From the UHGV virus genome UHGV-0118819: DNA of 42,305 nt. One strand, written 5' to 3'. The notes under the pieces are model-generated. The model saw nothing but the letters and a program-made list of their open reading frames with translations. It searched no databases and was not told the origin of the DNA. Shown in pieces: positions 1-9,674 of this stretch. A program made the position numbers and the translations under genes. The first letter of the stretch is position 1; each line of letters starts with the position of its first letter. The stretch is from a virus.

Positions 1-155
1 TCACCGACATCATCTGCGAAAACTGCAAATACCTTCCAACGAAACGCTCCAGAAATAAACGCAAGCCAATCCCAAAAGAATCTGACGTAAAAACCTTCAA
101 CTACACGGCTCACCTGTGGGATATCCGGTGGCTAAGACATCGTGCGAGGAAATGA
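1..155 (+). CDS. ninE: NinE-like protein, C-terminal part (gene wraps across window ends; N-terminus at 42284-42305)
   Basis: Frame-3 [53 protein letters not shown] joins in frame with MRRQRRS at the window end; recalled similarity to lambda NinE. Confidence 0.7.
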
Positions 156-517
156 CAATGGATTATTCACAGTTAAGTGATTTTGAAATTAACGTGGCGG
201 TATTCGAAGCCATTCATAACGGATCACCGGATTACAAAGAAGGTGAGAATGGCGATATGGTGTTTGTCTCATTTGAGGGAGACATTGTAAACGGAGACGC
301 AGTTGAAGTAGAAGTTGAGCGCGGATCCTTTAACCCATGCGCAAACCCAGCAGACGCATGGCCGATTATTGAAAAATACAGGATTAGCATTATCAATCTC
401 GATGAAGACGAGTGGGGTGCACGCGGTGTGGCCTACTGTAAATCTAAGCGAGCTATACATGAAAATCCCCTCCGCGCCGCCATGATTGTCTTTCTCATGA
501 TGCAGAGAATCCAATAA
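152..517 (+). CDS. hypothetical nin-region protein (121 aa)
   Basis: ORF 116-517; ATG at 152 overlaps the ninE stop (ATGA); no family recognised. Confidence 0.6.
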
Positions 518-693
518 TGCTTAGCCCATCCCAATCCCTTCAATACCAGAAAGAAAGCGTCGAGCGGGCTTTAACGTGCGCTAACTGCGGTCAGAAGCTG
601 CATGTGCTGGAAGTTCACGTATGTGAGCACTGCTGCGCAGAACTGATGAGCGATCCGAATAGCTCAATGTACGAGGAAGAAGACGATGAGTGA
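517..693 (+). CDS. ninF: NinF-like small cysteine-rich protein (58 aa)
   Basis: Own translation [58 protein letters not shown]; below the 60-aa ORF-track threshold; start overlaps upstream stop (TAATG). Confidence 0.65.
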   Translation: MLSPSQSLQYQKESVERALTCANCGQKLHVLEVHVCEHCCAELMSDPNSSMYEEEDDE

Positions 694-955
694 TTTCTCT
701 GAGCTTATTTCCTTCAAAAAAGACAGAGAAGAAATGCGGACTGAATCTGTCTATTACGTTCAACACCGGAATAAACGCTCGGTGCTTGATCAGGAGCTGG
801 TTATTACCGGAGACCTGGCATTCAGAACATATAAGGCCAGCATGGAAATGAAGGATTTCCCTAAATGTGGTTCTGAAAGAGAAGCCGCGTTAAAGCTGGC
901 TGAGTGGATGCAGAGAATGGCTGCTGCAATTGAGAATTACTGGAGTGAACCATAA
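686..955 (+). CDS. hypothetical nin-region protein (89 aa)
   Basis: ORF with ATG overlapping ninF stop; tightly packed operon context. Confidence 0.6.
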   Translation: MSDFSELISFKKDREEMRTESVYYVQHRNKRSVLDQELVITGDLAFRTYKASMEMKDFPKCGSEREAALKLAEWMQRMAAAIENYWSEP

Positions 956-1245
956 TGGCTAACCTACGCAAAGAAGCACGCGGCAGAGAATGCCAGGTAC
1001 GTATTTACGGCGTATGCAATGGCAATCCTGAAACTACAGTTCTGGCACATTACCGGATGGCTGGAATTTGCGGAACGGGAATGAAGCCTGACGACCTGAT
1101 CGGCGCATGGGCTTGTAGCGCGTGTCACGATGAAATCGACCGACGCACCCATAACCTCGACAACAAAGACGCCAGACTTTACCACCTCGAAGGCGTGATC
1201 AGGACGCAGGCGGTATTGCTGAAGGAGGGGAAGGTTAAGTCATGA
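955..1245 (+). CDS. DUF1364/YbcO-like putative nuclease
   Basis: MANLRKEARGRECQVRIYGVCNGNPETTVLAH... with Cys/His-rich pattern typical of YbcO-like prophage proteins; sits upstream of rusA as in DLP12-type nin regions. Confidence 0.7.
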   Translation: MANLRKEARGRECQVRIYGVCNGNPETTVLAHYRMAGICGTGMKPDDLIGAWACSACHDEIDRRTHNLDNKDARLYHLEGVIRTQAVLLKEGKVKS

Positions 1246-1604
1246 ATGAATATCGGTTTGTGCTTCCATACCCGCCGTCGGTGAATACCTACTGGCGAAG
1301 AAGGGGAAGCCAATACTACATCAGCGATAAAGGCCAGAAATACCGAAAAGATGTACAGCAAATAATCCGCCAACTCAAGTTAGACATTTTCACCAAATCA
1401 CGACTCCGCATCAAAGTCATCGCAGACGTTCCAGACTCCCGCCGCCGCGACCTCGACAACATCCTGAAAGGTTTACTCGACTCCCTTATCCACGCCGGAT
1501 TTGCGGAAGACGACGAGCAATTCGATGACATTCGCGTAATTCGTGGTGTGAAAGTACCAGGCGGACGGCTTGGAATAAAAATCACCGAACTGGAGAACGT
1601 ATGA
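1242..1604 (+). CDS. rusA: Holliday junction resolvase RusA
   Basis: 120 aa, MNEYRFVLPYPPSVNTYW... with conserved acidic residues; ATGA overlap with upstream gene. Confidence 0.85.
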   Translation: MNEYRFVLPYPPSVNTYWRRRGSQYYISDKGQKYRKDVQQIIRQLKLDIFTKSRLRIKVIADVPDSRRRDLDNILKGLLDSLIHAGFAEDDEQFDDIRVIRGVKVPGGRLGIKITELENV

Positions 1605-1789
1605 ACGCCACAATTCAAACGATACCAGAGCTTCTTATCCAGACACGAGGCAATCAGACCGAAGTGGCGAGGATGCTTTCCTGCGCAAGAGGAACAGTGC
1701 TCAAGTACAACCGAGACAGCAAAGGCGAGCGTCACGTAATAGTTAACGGCGTCCTGATGGTCAAACAGGGTAAGAGGGGAAGACGATGA
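1601..1789 (+). CDS. ninH: NinH-like protein
   Basis: MNATIQTIPELLIQTRGNQTEVARMLSCARGTVLKYNRD... close to recalled lambda NinH; HTH-like. Confidence 0.8.
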   Translation: MNATIQTIPELLIQTRGNQTEVARMLSCARGTVLKYNRDSKGERHVIVNGVLMVKQGKRGRR

Positions 1790-2274
1790 GCATAAGAGAA
1801 CTAAACCTCACCAAAGAACAGCAAGATTGGCTGAATGGATGGCTTGAACTATGGGGCGCATGGGTTTATTCAGGTCGCCTGGAAAAGCGCATGAGCAGCG
1901 TAATAGCGAAGTTCATGGAGAGCGTAGAGCCGGGAAGAGTTATGACAAGGCCAATGTGCAATGATGATGATGGAATGTTGATTTCTCAGGTCGTCGATTC
2001 CGTCATGTACATTGACAAGAAAGCCTTTGGCATCCTCCTCAGCTACTACGCCCATGGATCTTCCAAGCACGCCATTGCATCTTACTATCATCGCGTCGCA
2101 AGACCTCGCAAGATGTTATGCCGGGGCGGCGGGCGCATTCAAAAACCATCGCTCGCAACCTGTCGACGGGAAGTTGACGAAATCCTTAATGCCTCGTTGT
2201 TTATGATTTACCCGGTTCTGGATAGTGCGTTTAAAAATCGGAAACGTGTAGAGAAAATTAAACATGTAGCATAG
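1786..2274 (+). CDS. Q: late gene antiterminator Q-like protein
   Basis: 162-aa ORF at the end of the nin region, immediately upstream of a TTGACA promoter, tRNAs and the lysis genes; assigned by position. Confidence 0.65.
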   Translation: MSIRELNLTKEQQDWLNGWLELWGAWVYSGRLEKRMSSVIAKFMESVEPGRVMTRPMCNDDDGMLISQVVDSVMYIDKKAFGILLSYYAHGSSKHAIASYYHRVARPRKMLCRGGGRIQKPSLATCRREVDEILNASLFMIYPVLDSAFKNRKRVEKIKHVA

Positions 2275-2280
2275 AACGTG

Positions 2281-2311
2281 TTGACATCATTGAACAAATG
2301 AGCAACAATAT
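2281..2311 (+). promoter_or_regulatory. candidate late promoter (pR'-like)
   Basis: Perfect -35 TTGACA at 2281-2286 directly after Q; -10 is weak (AACAAT/CAATAT). Confidence 0.3.
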
Positions 2312-2322
2312 TCGCATAAGCT

Positions 2323-2361
2323 GCCGTTAGTGACTCTTAAGTTGCAACGGTGGCTTTTTTT
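2323..2361 (+). terminator. candidate tR'-like terminator/short leader RNA end
   Basis: GCCGTT...AACGGT stem followed by GGC and a 7-T run (2355-2361). Confidence 0.35.
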
Positions 2362-2365
2362 ATTT

Positions 2366-2440
2366 GGGTCAGTCGTATAAAGGTCATTACGGAAGGCTGT
2401 TAACCTTCTTATCGTGGTTCGAGTCCACGCTGTCCCGCCA
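2366..2440 (+). tRNA. tRNA-like gene, anticodon GUU (Asn); possibly degenerate
   Basis: Hand-folded cloverleaf: perfect anticodon stem GAAGG/CCTTC, loop CTGTTAA, T-arm CGTGG-TTCGAGT-CCACG, 3' CCA; one mismatch each in acceptor and D stems. Confidence 0.5.
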
Positions 2441-2445
2441 AACAT

Positions 2446-2521
2446 GCTGGTTTAGCTCCAATGGTAGAGCAGTCGCCTTGTAAGCGAATGGGTAGCGGTT
2501 CAAGTCCGTTAACCAGCACCA
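2446..2521 (+). tRNA. tRNA-Thr (anticodon UGU)
   Basis: Hand-folded 76-nt cloverleaf: 7-bp acceptor stem GCTGGTT/AACCAGC, D-arm GCTC..GAGC with GG, anticodon loop CTTGTAA, T-loop TTCAAGT, encoded CCA. Confidence 0.8.
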
Positions 2522-2743
2522 TAACTGAGCCGTAGCCACTGGCTATCCTGAATTCATCATTGATAGTTGCGCTGCGGCCTTCTACACATGACCTTCGTGA
2601 AAGCGGGTGGCAGGAGGTTGCGCTAACAACCTCACGCCGTTTTGCCCGTGCATATCGGTCACGAACAAATCTGATTACTAAACACAGTAGCCTGGATTTG
2701 TTCTATCAGTAACCGACCATATTCCTAATTAAATAGAGCAAAT

Positions 2744-2757
2744 CCCCTTATTGGGGG
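2744..2757 (+). promoter_or_regulatory. sdi-like stem-loop upstream of S dual start
   Basis: CCCC-TTATT-GGGG hairpin immediately 5' of ATG AAG ATG (Met1/Met3), as in lambda S. Confidence 0.5.
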
Positions 2758-2763
2758 TAAGAC

Positions 2764-3087
2764 ATGAAGATGCCAGAAAAAAATGACCTGTTAGCCGCCA
2801 TTCTCGCGGCAAAGGAACAAGGCATCGGGGCAATCCTTGCGTTTGCAATGGCGTACCTTCGCGGCAGATATAATGGCGGTGCGTTTACAAAAACAGTAAT
2901 CGACGCAACGATGTGCGCCATTATCGCCTGGTTCATTCGTGACCTTCTCGACTTCGCCGGACTAAGTAGCAATCTCGCTTATATAACGAGCGTGTTTATC
3001 GGCTACATCGGTACTGACTCGATTGGTTCGCTTATCAAGCGCTTCGCTGCTAAAAAAGCCGGAGTAGAAGATGGTGGAAATCAATAA
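2764..3087 (+). CDS. S: holin S (class I, dual-start antiholin/holin)
   Basis: 107 aa, [39 protein letters not shown]... essentially the recalled lambda S sequence. Confidence 0.95.
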   Translation: MKMPEKNDLLAAILAAKEQGIGAILAFAMAYLRGRYNGGAFTKTVIDATMCAIIAWFIRDLLDFAGLSSNLAYITSVFIGYIGTDSIGSLIKRFAAKKAGVEDGGNQ

Positions 3088-3547
3088 TCAACGTAAGGCG
3101 TTCCTCGATATGCTGGCGTGGTCAGAGGGAACTGATAACGGACGTCAGAAAACCAGAAATCATGGTTATGACGTCATTGTTGGCGGAGAGCTATTCACTG
3201 ATTACTCAGATCACCCTCGCAAACTTGTCACGCTAAACCCCAAACTCAAATCAACAGCTGCCGGACGCTACCAGCTTCTTTCCCGTTGGTGGGATGCCTA
3301 TCGTAAGCAGCTTGGCCTGAAAGACTTCTCTCCCAAAAGCCAGGACGCTGTGGCATTGCAGCAGATTAAAGAGCGTGGCGCTTTACCGATGATTGACCGC
3401 GGTGATATTCGTCAGGCTATTGATCGTTGCAGTAATATTTGGGCTTCATTGCCCGGTGCTGGTTACGGTCAGTATGAACACAAGATCGATAGTCTGATTG
3501 CCAAATTCAAAGAAGCTGGCGGGGTGGTTAATGAAACTTCGCTATAA
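3071..3547 (+). CDS. R: endolysin R (lytic transglycosylase)
   Basis: 158 aa, [42 protein letters not shown]... matches recalled lambda R. Confidence 0.95.
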   Translation: MVEINNQRKAFLDMLAWSEGTDNGRQKTRNHGYDVIVGGELFTDYSDHPRKLVTLNPKLKSTAAGRYQLLSRWWDAYRKQLGLKDFSPKSQDAVALQQIKERGALPMIDRGDIRQAIDRCSNIWASLPGAGYGQYEHKIDSLIAKFKEAGGVVNETSL

Positions 3548-3992
3548 GCTGGTTATTTCTGCTTTCCTCCTGACTTTATTCGGTTCTCTCGTCTGGTCAG
3601 CTAATCATTACCACAATAAAGCCATTGAATACAAAAAACAGCGCGACGAAAACGCTATGGCATTAGATTCGGCTATGGCGACGATCTCTGATATGCAGAA
3701 GCGTCAACGTGACGTAGCAGAACTCGATGCCAGATATACAAAGGAGCTTGCTGATGCTAACGCGACTATCGAAAGCCTCCGTGCTGATGTTTCTGCTGGT
3801 CGTAAGCGCCTGCAAGTCGCCGCCACCTGTGCAAAGTCAACGACCGGAGCCAGCAGCATGGGCGATGGAGAAAGCCCAGGACTTACAGCAGATGCTGAAC
3901 TCAATTATTACCGTCTCCGAAGTGGAATCGACAAGATAACCGCGCAGGTTAACTACCTGCAGGAGTACATCAGGACTCAGTGCCTGAAATAA
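3531..3992 (+). CDS. Rz: i-spanin Rz
   Basis: 153 aa from ATG 3531 ([14 protein letters not shown]... N-terminal TM, coiled-coil body); overlaps R end as in lambda. Confidence 0.9.
   Translation: MKLRYKLVISAFLLTLFGSLVWSANHYHNKAIEYKKQRDENAMALDSAMATISDMQKRQRDVAELDARYTKELADANATIESLRADVSAGRKRLQVAATCAKSTTGASSMGDGESPGLTADAELNYYRLRSGIDKITAQVNYLQEYIRTQCLK
3754..3939 (+). CDS. Rz1: o-spanin Rz1 (lipoprotein, embedded in Rz in +1 frame)
   Basis: AGGAG RBS 7 nt upstream of ATG 3754; MLTRLSKASVLMFLLVVSAC lipobox then proline-rich segment. Confidence 0.75.
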   Translation: MLTRLSKASVLMFLLVVSACKSPPPVQSQRPEPAAWAMEKAQDLQQMLNSIITVSEVESTR

Positions 3993-4024
3993 TTTTTTTG
4001 CAAATCACAAAGTCCATTTAATGA

Positions 4025-4049
4025 GCCTCGCGATGCGGGGCTTTTTTAT
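4025..4049 (+). terminator. intrinsic terminator after lysis cassette
   Basis: GCCTCGC-GAT-GCGGGGC stem followed by TTTTTTAT. Confidence 0.6.
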
Positions 4050-4190
4050 GTCCGCAGTAAACGCGCATCTCACGCGCATATTAACGAGAGCCTTTCAGTA
4101 AGCGAGCCTGAGAAATGCCGTTATAGGTGGCGACCTCTCTCGGGCGGCTTTTCTGTGAGACAGGCTCACTTTCTAAAAGGTAAAGACGCT

Positions 4191-4709
4191 ATGAATCATC
4201 AATTGGCTAATCTCGATTTCCGGGACATGGTGGTTGTTTCTGGTGATCGCGTGATCACAACCTCCCGCAAGGTAGCAGCTTACTTCGACAAGCAGCATCA
4301 CCACATCATTCAGAAAATCGAAAAGCTAGACTGTTCGGATGAATTTCTAACCAGCAACTTTTCGCGGGTTACCTATGAACACAAGGGTAATCAGTATGTT
4401 GAATATGAAATTTCCAAAGACGGCGCGATGTACATCATCATGTCGTTTACCGGCAAAAAAGCTGCCGCCATCAAAGAGGCGTTTATCAAAGCATTTAATT
4501 GGATGCGTGACAGGCTGATGGAGTTGGCTCACTCATACCAAAGAGAGCACAACGAGTTAATGCTGGAGTTCATGAAGGAAAAGGATGTTGCCAGTATGTC
4601 AGGACGCTTGCTGAACCGCTGGGGCAGGATCAAAAAACCGCAACTCATAGCAAGAATCGAAAGGCTTGAGCAGCAGGCGCAAATATCGATCCCCGGACTG
4701 CCAAAGTGA
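4191..4709 (+). CDS. Rha-family phage regulatory protein
   Basis: MNHQLANLDFRDMVVVSGDRVITTSRKVAAYFDKQHHHIIQKIEKL... typical Rha N-terminal domain; alternative GTG start at 4155. Confidence 0.75.
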   Translation: MNHQLANLDFRDMVVVSGDRVITTSRKVAAYFDKQHHHIIQKIEKLDCSDEFLTSNFSRVTYEHKGNQYVEYEISKDGAMYIIMSFTGKKAAAIKEAFIKAFNWMRDRLMELAHSYQREHNELMLEFMKEKDVASMSGRLLNRWGRIKKPQLIARIERLEQQAQISIPGLPK

Positions 4710-4717
4710 CCATTCCA

Positions 4718-4739
4718 AAGCCCATCTACTGGTGGGCTT
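4718..4739 (+). promoter_or_regulatory. perfect 7-bp stem hairpin after Rha stop (no U-tract)
   Basis: AAGCCCA-tctactgg-TGGGCTT. Confidence 0.35.
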
Positions 4740-5131
4740 GATAATGAAACCGTGATTTACATCCCTCACAATCCAGGTATGTAAAAGCTGGATCATGCGA
4801 GAACGGATTTAACTAAATCTGTGCGCCACCAGTTAACGGCAGTACCACGAAACAACCCAAGCCAGTAAGTGGGGAAATAACACTGGCAGCCACTGAAAGA
4901 TGAACCTCCTGCATTATGGCAAAAAAGATTCTTTGTGGTGGCGGACTGATGGAAAGACATCGGTTATTGCAGAGACCATTCAATGAGTGGTCTCGACAAT
5001 GGCTTATACCCTACACGGGATAACTTAACTGATATCCCCACAAGCGGATAAAGAGGTCCCTCAATGTCAGGAATCTACTTTTAGTCCTAGTAATGATGAA
5101 CTAGATATCAGTTGAGTCGCTTGGGTGGTGA

Positions 5132-5368
5132 TTACGATTCTGCTTCAAACTCAGAAATTAGTTGATGAACACGTTCAGTATATGATGGGTTAGAACCTAG
5201 AAACTCTTCCACTGTCTGAATGGTTTCATCACCCTCCCATTCAAAATGGCTCACAGGTGACGAATGACCAGCCCTGACTTGGTAGGAGCCATTGTCCAAT
5301 TTGTCCAGGAATATATAAGTTTCATTATCATGACCTGTATTTCGGTAAAAAATTTGCTTTGAGTTCAT
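5132..5368 (-). CDS. hypothetical acidic protein (78 aa), AT-rich, divergent from terS
   Basis: ORF with GAGGA RBS; only 24 bp from terS start on opposite strand; looks lower in GC than neighbours. Confidence 0.6.
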   Translation of the reverse strand: MNSKQIFYRNTGHDNETYIFLDKLDNGSYQVRAGHSSPVSHFEWEGDETIQTVEEFLGSNPSYTERVHQLISEFEAES

Positions 5369-5392
5369 TAAAGAAATCCTCTAGAGAAAACT

Positions 5393-5944
5393 ATGGCACT
5401 CACCGACAAACAAGAGATGTTCTGTCGCGAGTACCTCATCGATTTAAACGCCACACAAGCGGCTATTCGGGCGGGGTACAGCGCAAAGACAGCTAACCGT
5501 ACCGCATCCGAAAACCTGTCAAAACCTGACATACAATTCAGAATCGCCGAACTGAAAGCGCAACGCAATGATCTTGTTGGTATTAATGCAGAATATGTAC
5601 TTAATCGCCTTATTGAAATCGACCAGATGGATGTGCTCGACATTCTCCTGCAAAACGGTGAGCTAAAGCCCATTAAAGACTGGCCTAAGGTATGGCGCAC
5701 AACGCTATCAGGAATGGATGTCGTGGAGATAGTATCCGCAGATAGCGCCGCACTTCTGAAGAAAATCAAATGGCCTGATAAGGTTAAAAACCTTGAGTTG
5801 CTCGGGCGTCATGTTTCTGTTCAGGCGTTTAAAGACAATGTCAAAAATGAAGTGACTGGTGCTGACGGAGGACCAGTCAGAACAGAAATTACCAACTTAA
5901 CGCCGGAGCAGGCTGCAGAAGCGTATAAAAAAATGATGGGCTAA
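5393..5944 (+). CDS. terminase small subunit
   Basis: [30 protein letters not shown]... characteristic small-terminase N-terminal DNA-binding motif. Confidence 0.85.
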   Translation: MALTDKQEMFCREYLIDLNATQAAIRAGYSAKTANRTASENLSKPDIQFRIAELKAQRNDLVGINAEYVLNRLIEIDQMDVLDILLQNGELKPIKDWPKVWRTTLSGMDVVEIVSADSAALLKKIKWPDKVKNLELLGRHVSVQAFKDNVKNEVTGADGGPVRTEITNLTPEQAAEAYKKMMG

Positions 5945-5946
5945 GT

Positions 5947-7569
5947 ATGCCGTTACCATTTCCCTTCGATTTTAAACATCCTGATTACCAGATGGTTTTT
6001 GAATGGCGGATGGAACGCTTACAGCGCATTCGCCAGAACCCTGAAATATTGCCAGCACTAAAACAGTTTTACCGGACCAACCCGGCTCAGTTCATCATCG
6101 ACTGGGGCATGACAACGGACCCGCGTAATATTGATTATGGCCTGCCGGTGACCATTCCGTTTTTACTCTTCCCTAAGCAGGAGGAGTGGATCCACTGGAT
6201 TATGGAACGCTGGGGTAATCGGGAGAATGGTATTACCGAAAAATCCCGTGAAATGGGGCTCAGTTGGACCGCGATCGGACTGGCCTGCTCGCTTTGTCTC
6301 TTCAACAAAGAAATGGTTATCGGTTTCGGCTCCCGTAAAGAGGAATACGTCGACAGCACCGGTGACCCGAAAGCATTGTTCTGGAAGGCGCGCAAGTTCG
6401 TGGAAACACTACCTGTAGAGTTTCGCGGTTCGTGGAGCGAGAAGAAGCACGCGCCATATATGCGTGTTGAGTTTCCTGAAACTGGTGCCGTTATCAAAGG
6501 CGAGGCTGGCGATAATATTGGTCGTGGTGACCGTACCACGCTTTATCTGGTTGATGAGGCTGCATTCCTTCAGCGTCCTCTGCTGATTGATGCGGCGTTG
6601 TCACAAACGACGCGTTGCCGTATTGACCTGAGTTCAGTTAACGGCATGGCGAACCCGTTCGCTCAGAAGCGTCATGGCGGGAAGATACCGGTATTCACAT
6701 TCCACTGGCGGGATGATCCTCGCAAGGATGAAGAGTGGTATCGCAGGGAATGCGAGAAAATCGATAATCCGGTGGTGGTGGCACAGGAACTTGACCTGAA
6801 CTACAGCGCATCAGCGGAAGGCGTCCTGATTCCATCCGAATGGGTACAGGCTGCCGTTGATGCACATATCAAACTGGGGATCCAGCCAACAGGCAAACGA
6901 CTTGGCGCGATGGATGTCGCCGACGAAGGCAGGGACAAAAATGCCTTTTCCACCCGTCATGGCTTCCTCCTGGAGAATGTGCGGGAATGGTCCGGTGTGG
7001 GCAGCGACATTTATCAGTCCGTCGAGAAGGTCTTCGGTTTTTGCGAACAGGACAACCTCGAAGAGTTTCGCTTTGATGAGGACGGGCTGGGCGCTGGCGT
7101 TCGCGGCGATGCACGCGCTATCAACGAACAGCGTAACGCTGCGCGTCGACCGTCAATACTCGCTACACCGTTTCGCGGTAGCGGCGCGGTGTTTGATCCG
7201 GACGACGAAGCGGTGCGCGGTGACAACGGGCAAGCCGCACGTCTGAACAAGGACTTCTTCGCTAACGCCAAAGCCCAGAGCTGGTGGCGGTTACGTAAAC
7301 TTTTTCAGAATACCTGGCGCGCCGTGGTTGAAGGTATGGCTTACAACCCGGACGAAATCATCTCAATCAGCAGTGGCATGGCACTCAAAGATAAACTCAT
7401 CATCGAGCTTTCGCAGCCGACCTATTCCATTAATGGTGTGGGAAAAATCGTTATTGATAAACAGCCTGATGGAACCCGGTCGCCAAACCTTGCCGACTCG
7501 GTGATGATCAGCTACGCGCCAATGAATTCAGCCCTGAACATCTGGGAGCTGCTAGGGAGACAGGCCTGA
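5947..7569 (+). CDS. terminase large subunit
   Basis: 540-aa ORF directly after terS and before portal; acidic motifs (LYLVDEAAF) consistent with ATPase/nuclease. Confidence 0.8.
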   Translation: MPLPFPFDFKHPDYQMVFEWRMERLQRIRQNPEILPALKQFYRTNPAQFIIDWGMTTDPRNIDYGLPVTIPFLLFPKQEEWIHWIMERWGNRENGITEKSREMGLSWTAIGLACSLCLFNKEMVIGFGSRKEEYVDSTGDPKALFWKARKFVETLPVEFRGSWSEKKHAPYMRVEFPETGAVIKGEAGDNIGRGDRTTLYLVDEAAFLQRPLLIDAALSQTTRCRIDLSSVNGMANPFAQKRHGGKIPVFTFHWRDDPRKDEEWYRRECEKIDNPVVVAQELDLNYSASAEGVLIPSEWVQAAVDAHIKLGIQPTGKRLGAMDVADEGRDKNAFSTRHGFLLENVREWSGVGSDIYQSVEKVFGFCEQDNLEEFRFDEDGLGAGVRGDARAINEQRNAARRPSILATPFRGSGAVFDPDDEAVRGDNGQAARLNKDFFANAKAQSWWRLRKLFQNTWRAVVEGMAYNPDEIISISSGMALKDKLIIELSQPTYSINGVGKIVIDKQPDGTRSPNLADSVMISYAPMNSALNIWELLGRQA

Positions 7570-9035
7570 TGGCACGAAACAAACAAGCCCTGCGGAGAAC
7601 TGCGCAGGCCACCGCTGATGGCTATGAGAACTTTGTCGCCCGCGTGGGAATGCAGACGCCTAACCAGCACTCAGCATCGACCTACCGGGCTAACTTCACC
7701 AGTCGCAACCGCATGCTGGTGGAATGGTCCTATCGTTCGTCCTGGATCATCGGCGAAGCGGTCGATGCTATCCCGGATGATATGACCCGCAAAGGCATTC
7801 GCATCACTTCGGAAATTGATGCAAAAGATCGCGGCATTCTCGAATCACAACTGGATGAGTTGCAAATCTGGGATGCGCTGAACGACGTGCTGAAATGGTC
7901 GCGTCTCTACGGCGGCGCGGTGGGTTTCATCATGATTGAGGGGCAGGCACCAATGACCCCGCTGAGGCTCGAAACCATTGGAGAAGGCAAGTTTAAGGGC
8001 GTTCTCCCACTCGACCGCTGGATGATTAACCCGGTGCTGACCCGCCGCATTAAAGATATGGGGCCGGATCTCGGCAAACCTGAGTTTTACGATGTGGTGA
8101 CCACAGCAACGGGAATTCCTGCCTGGCGCATCCATCACAGCCGCCTGATTCGCTTCGATGGCGTCACGCTGCCATTCCAGCAGAAGATGACCGAAAACGA
8201 ATGGGGAATGTCGGTTGTAGAGCGAATCTGGGATCGGCTTACTGCGTTCGACAGCGCCACTCTCGGCGCGGCTCAGCTGGTCTACAAAGCGCATCTGCGC
8301 ACCTACAGCGTGGAGAAGCTGCGCGAGATTATCGCGCTTGGTGGCCCAGCGTTCGAAGCGTTGCTGAAGAACATCGACCTGATCCGCCAGTTCCAGAGCA
8401 ATGAAGGCATGACGCTCATGGACTCGCGGGATAAGTTCGAAACCCACCAGTACAGCTTCAGTGGTCTGGATGACATTCTTTCGCAGTTCGCTGAGCAGAT
8501 AAGCGGTGCCGTTGGTATCCCGCTGGTGCGCCTTTTCGGGCAGTCCCCGAAAGGCTTCTCTACCGGTGACGCAGACCTCGCCAACTATTACGACCGGGTG
8601 AGCTCGTTGCAGGAACGCCGCTTACGGCTGCCGATGCGTCGGATACTGGACATCATGCATCGTTCGGAGCTTGGCAAGCCGCTGCCGGACGATTTCACGT
8701 TTGAGTTTAACCCGCTCTGGCAAATGTCTGACGTTGACCGCTCAACGGTGGCCGTAAATACCACCACCGCGATCAGCACCGCGCTGGGCGACGGATTGAT
8801 GACGCGTAAGGCGGCAATGACCGACCTACGCGAAAACTCTGATGTCACCGGCATCGGGGCATCTATTACCGACGAGGATATCGAGAATGCCGAAGACGAA
8901 GCGCCGCCAGGCATCGGCGAACTTGACGACAAACCGCCAGAGCCGCCAGGCGGAGATCCGATATCGAACGAGCCTACGGCAGATAGCGCGGGCGGTCGGG
9001 GACATCGTAAATGGTCGCTACGATGGTTCAAATGA
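7569..9035 (+). CDS. portal protein
   Basis: 488-aa ORF following terL with ATGA-type overlap; position and size. Confidence 0.8.
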   Translation: MARNKQALRRTAQATADGYENFVARVGMQTPNQHSASTYRANFTSRNRMLVEWSYRSSWIIGEAVDAIPDDMTRKGIRITSEIDAKDRGILESQLDELQIWDALNDVLKWSRLYGGAVGFIMIEGQAPMTPLRLETIGEGKFKGVLPLDRWMINPVLTRRIKDMGPDLGKPEFYDVVTTATGIPAWRIHHSRLIRFDGVTLPFQQKMTENEWGMSVVERIWDRLTAFDSATLGAAQLVYKAHLRTYSVEKLREIIALGGPAFEALLKNIDLIRQFQSNEGMTLMDSRDKFETHQYSFSGLDDILSQFAEQISGAVGIPLVRLFGQSPKGFSTGDADLANYYDRVSSLQERRLRLPMRRILDIMHRSELGKPLPDDFTFEFNPLWQMSDVDRSTVAVNTTTAISTALGDGLMTRKAAMTDLRENSDVTGIGASITDEDIENAEDEAPPGIGELDDKPPEPPGGDPISNEPTADSAGGRGHRKWSLRWFK

Positions 9036-9660
9036 CAGTATCACGGAAATTATTGAGGCGCTGGAACGCTACAGTGAAATCATCACCCCCTGGGCGACAA
9101 AGGTAGCTGAGAACTTCACCGCAGACATAGCGCGCCAGAATGAAAAGCAGTGGCGTCAGCACAGCCGGAATATCAGCTCAGAGCTGCGCAACATGGTCGA
9201 CCGCGCTCCGGTAGGCCAGGTGATGAAATCCATCGTCGCCGAGCAAATTAAGTACATCAAATCGCTGCCTCTTGAGGCCGCCGATCGGGTGTATGACATT
9301 CAGAACAAGGCCATCGAGGCCGTTGTGTCTGGTGGCCGCGCTGAACCATTCGCGAAAGAGATAGCAGCGTCCGGTGACGTGTCACGCTCACGAGCGAACC
9401 TTATCGCCCGTACCGAGCTTGGACGTGCAACCGGCGCGCTGGATCAGGCGCGTGCGCTGTCAATCGGCTCGAATGGTTATATCTGGCGTACAGCCGAAGA
9501 TGGCGACGTCCGGCATTCTCATCGGGAGATGGAAGGTAAGTTTGTCGAATGGGGCAAACCTCCAACGCTTGATGGCATGACCGGTCACGCTGGCGAGCTC
9601 CCGAATTGTCGCTGTTATAAAGAAATCGTTTTTCCCAACCCTCATTCTTATCTCGCCTGA
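8887..9660 (+). CDS. head morphogenesis protein (Mu F / SPP1 gp7-like)
   Basis: ORF 8842-9660; GAGGA RBS before ATG 8887; about 150 bp out-of-frame overlap with portal 3' end. Confidence 0.75.
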   Translation: MPKTKRRQASANLTTNRQSRQAEIRYRTSLRQIARAVGDIVNGRYDGSNDSITEIIEALERYSEIITPWATKVAENFTADIARQNEKQWRQHSRNISSELRNMVDRAPVGQVMKSIVAEQIKYIKSLPLEAADRVYDIQNKAIEAVVSGGRAEPFAKEIAASGDVSRSRANLIARTELGRATGALDQARALSIGSNGYIWRTAEDGDVRHSHREMEGKFVEWGKPPTLDGMTGHAGELPNCRCYKEIVFPNPHSYLA

Positions 9661-9674
9661 ATCGCAGGTAAACC

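Noticed and set aside
116-151. Upstream ATG (116) for the first nin ORF
   Set aside because: Would overlap the ninE 3' end by 40 bp; ATG at 152 gives the usual ATGA coupling
2522-2760. Possible third tRNA or toxin cargo after the two tRNAs (Stx-phage-like arrangement)
   Set aside because: No cloverleaf could be folded and no ORF is present; only a hairpin (about 2606-2625) before the holin leader
4740-5131. cos/pac packaging site
   Set aside because: Expected near terS but I could not recognise a defined site by eye; left unannotated
7845-8447. 200-aa minus-strand ORF
   Set aside because: Lies entirely antisense within the portal gene; no RBS or operon context; typical GC-rich antisense artefact
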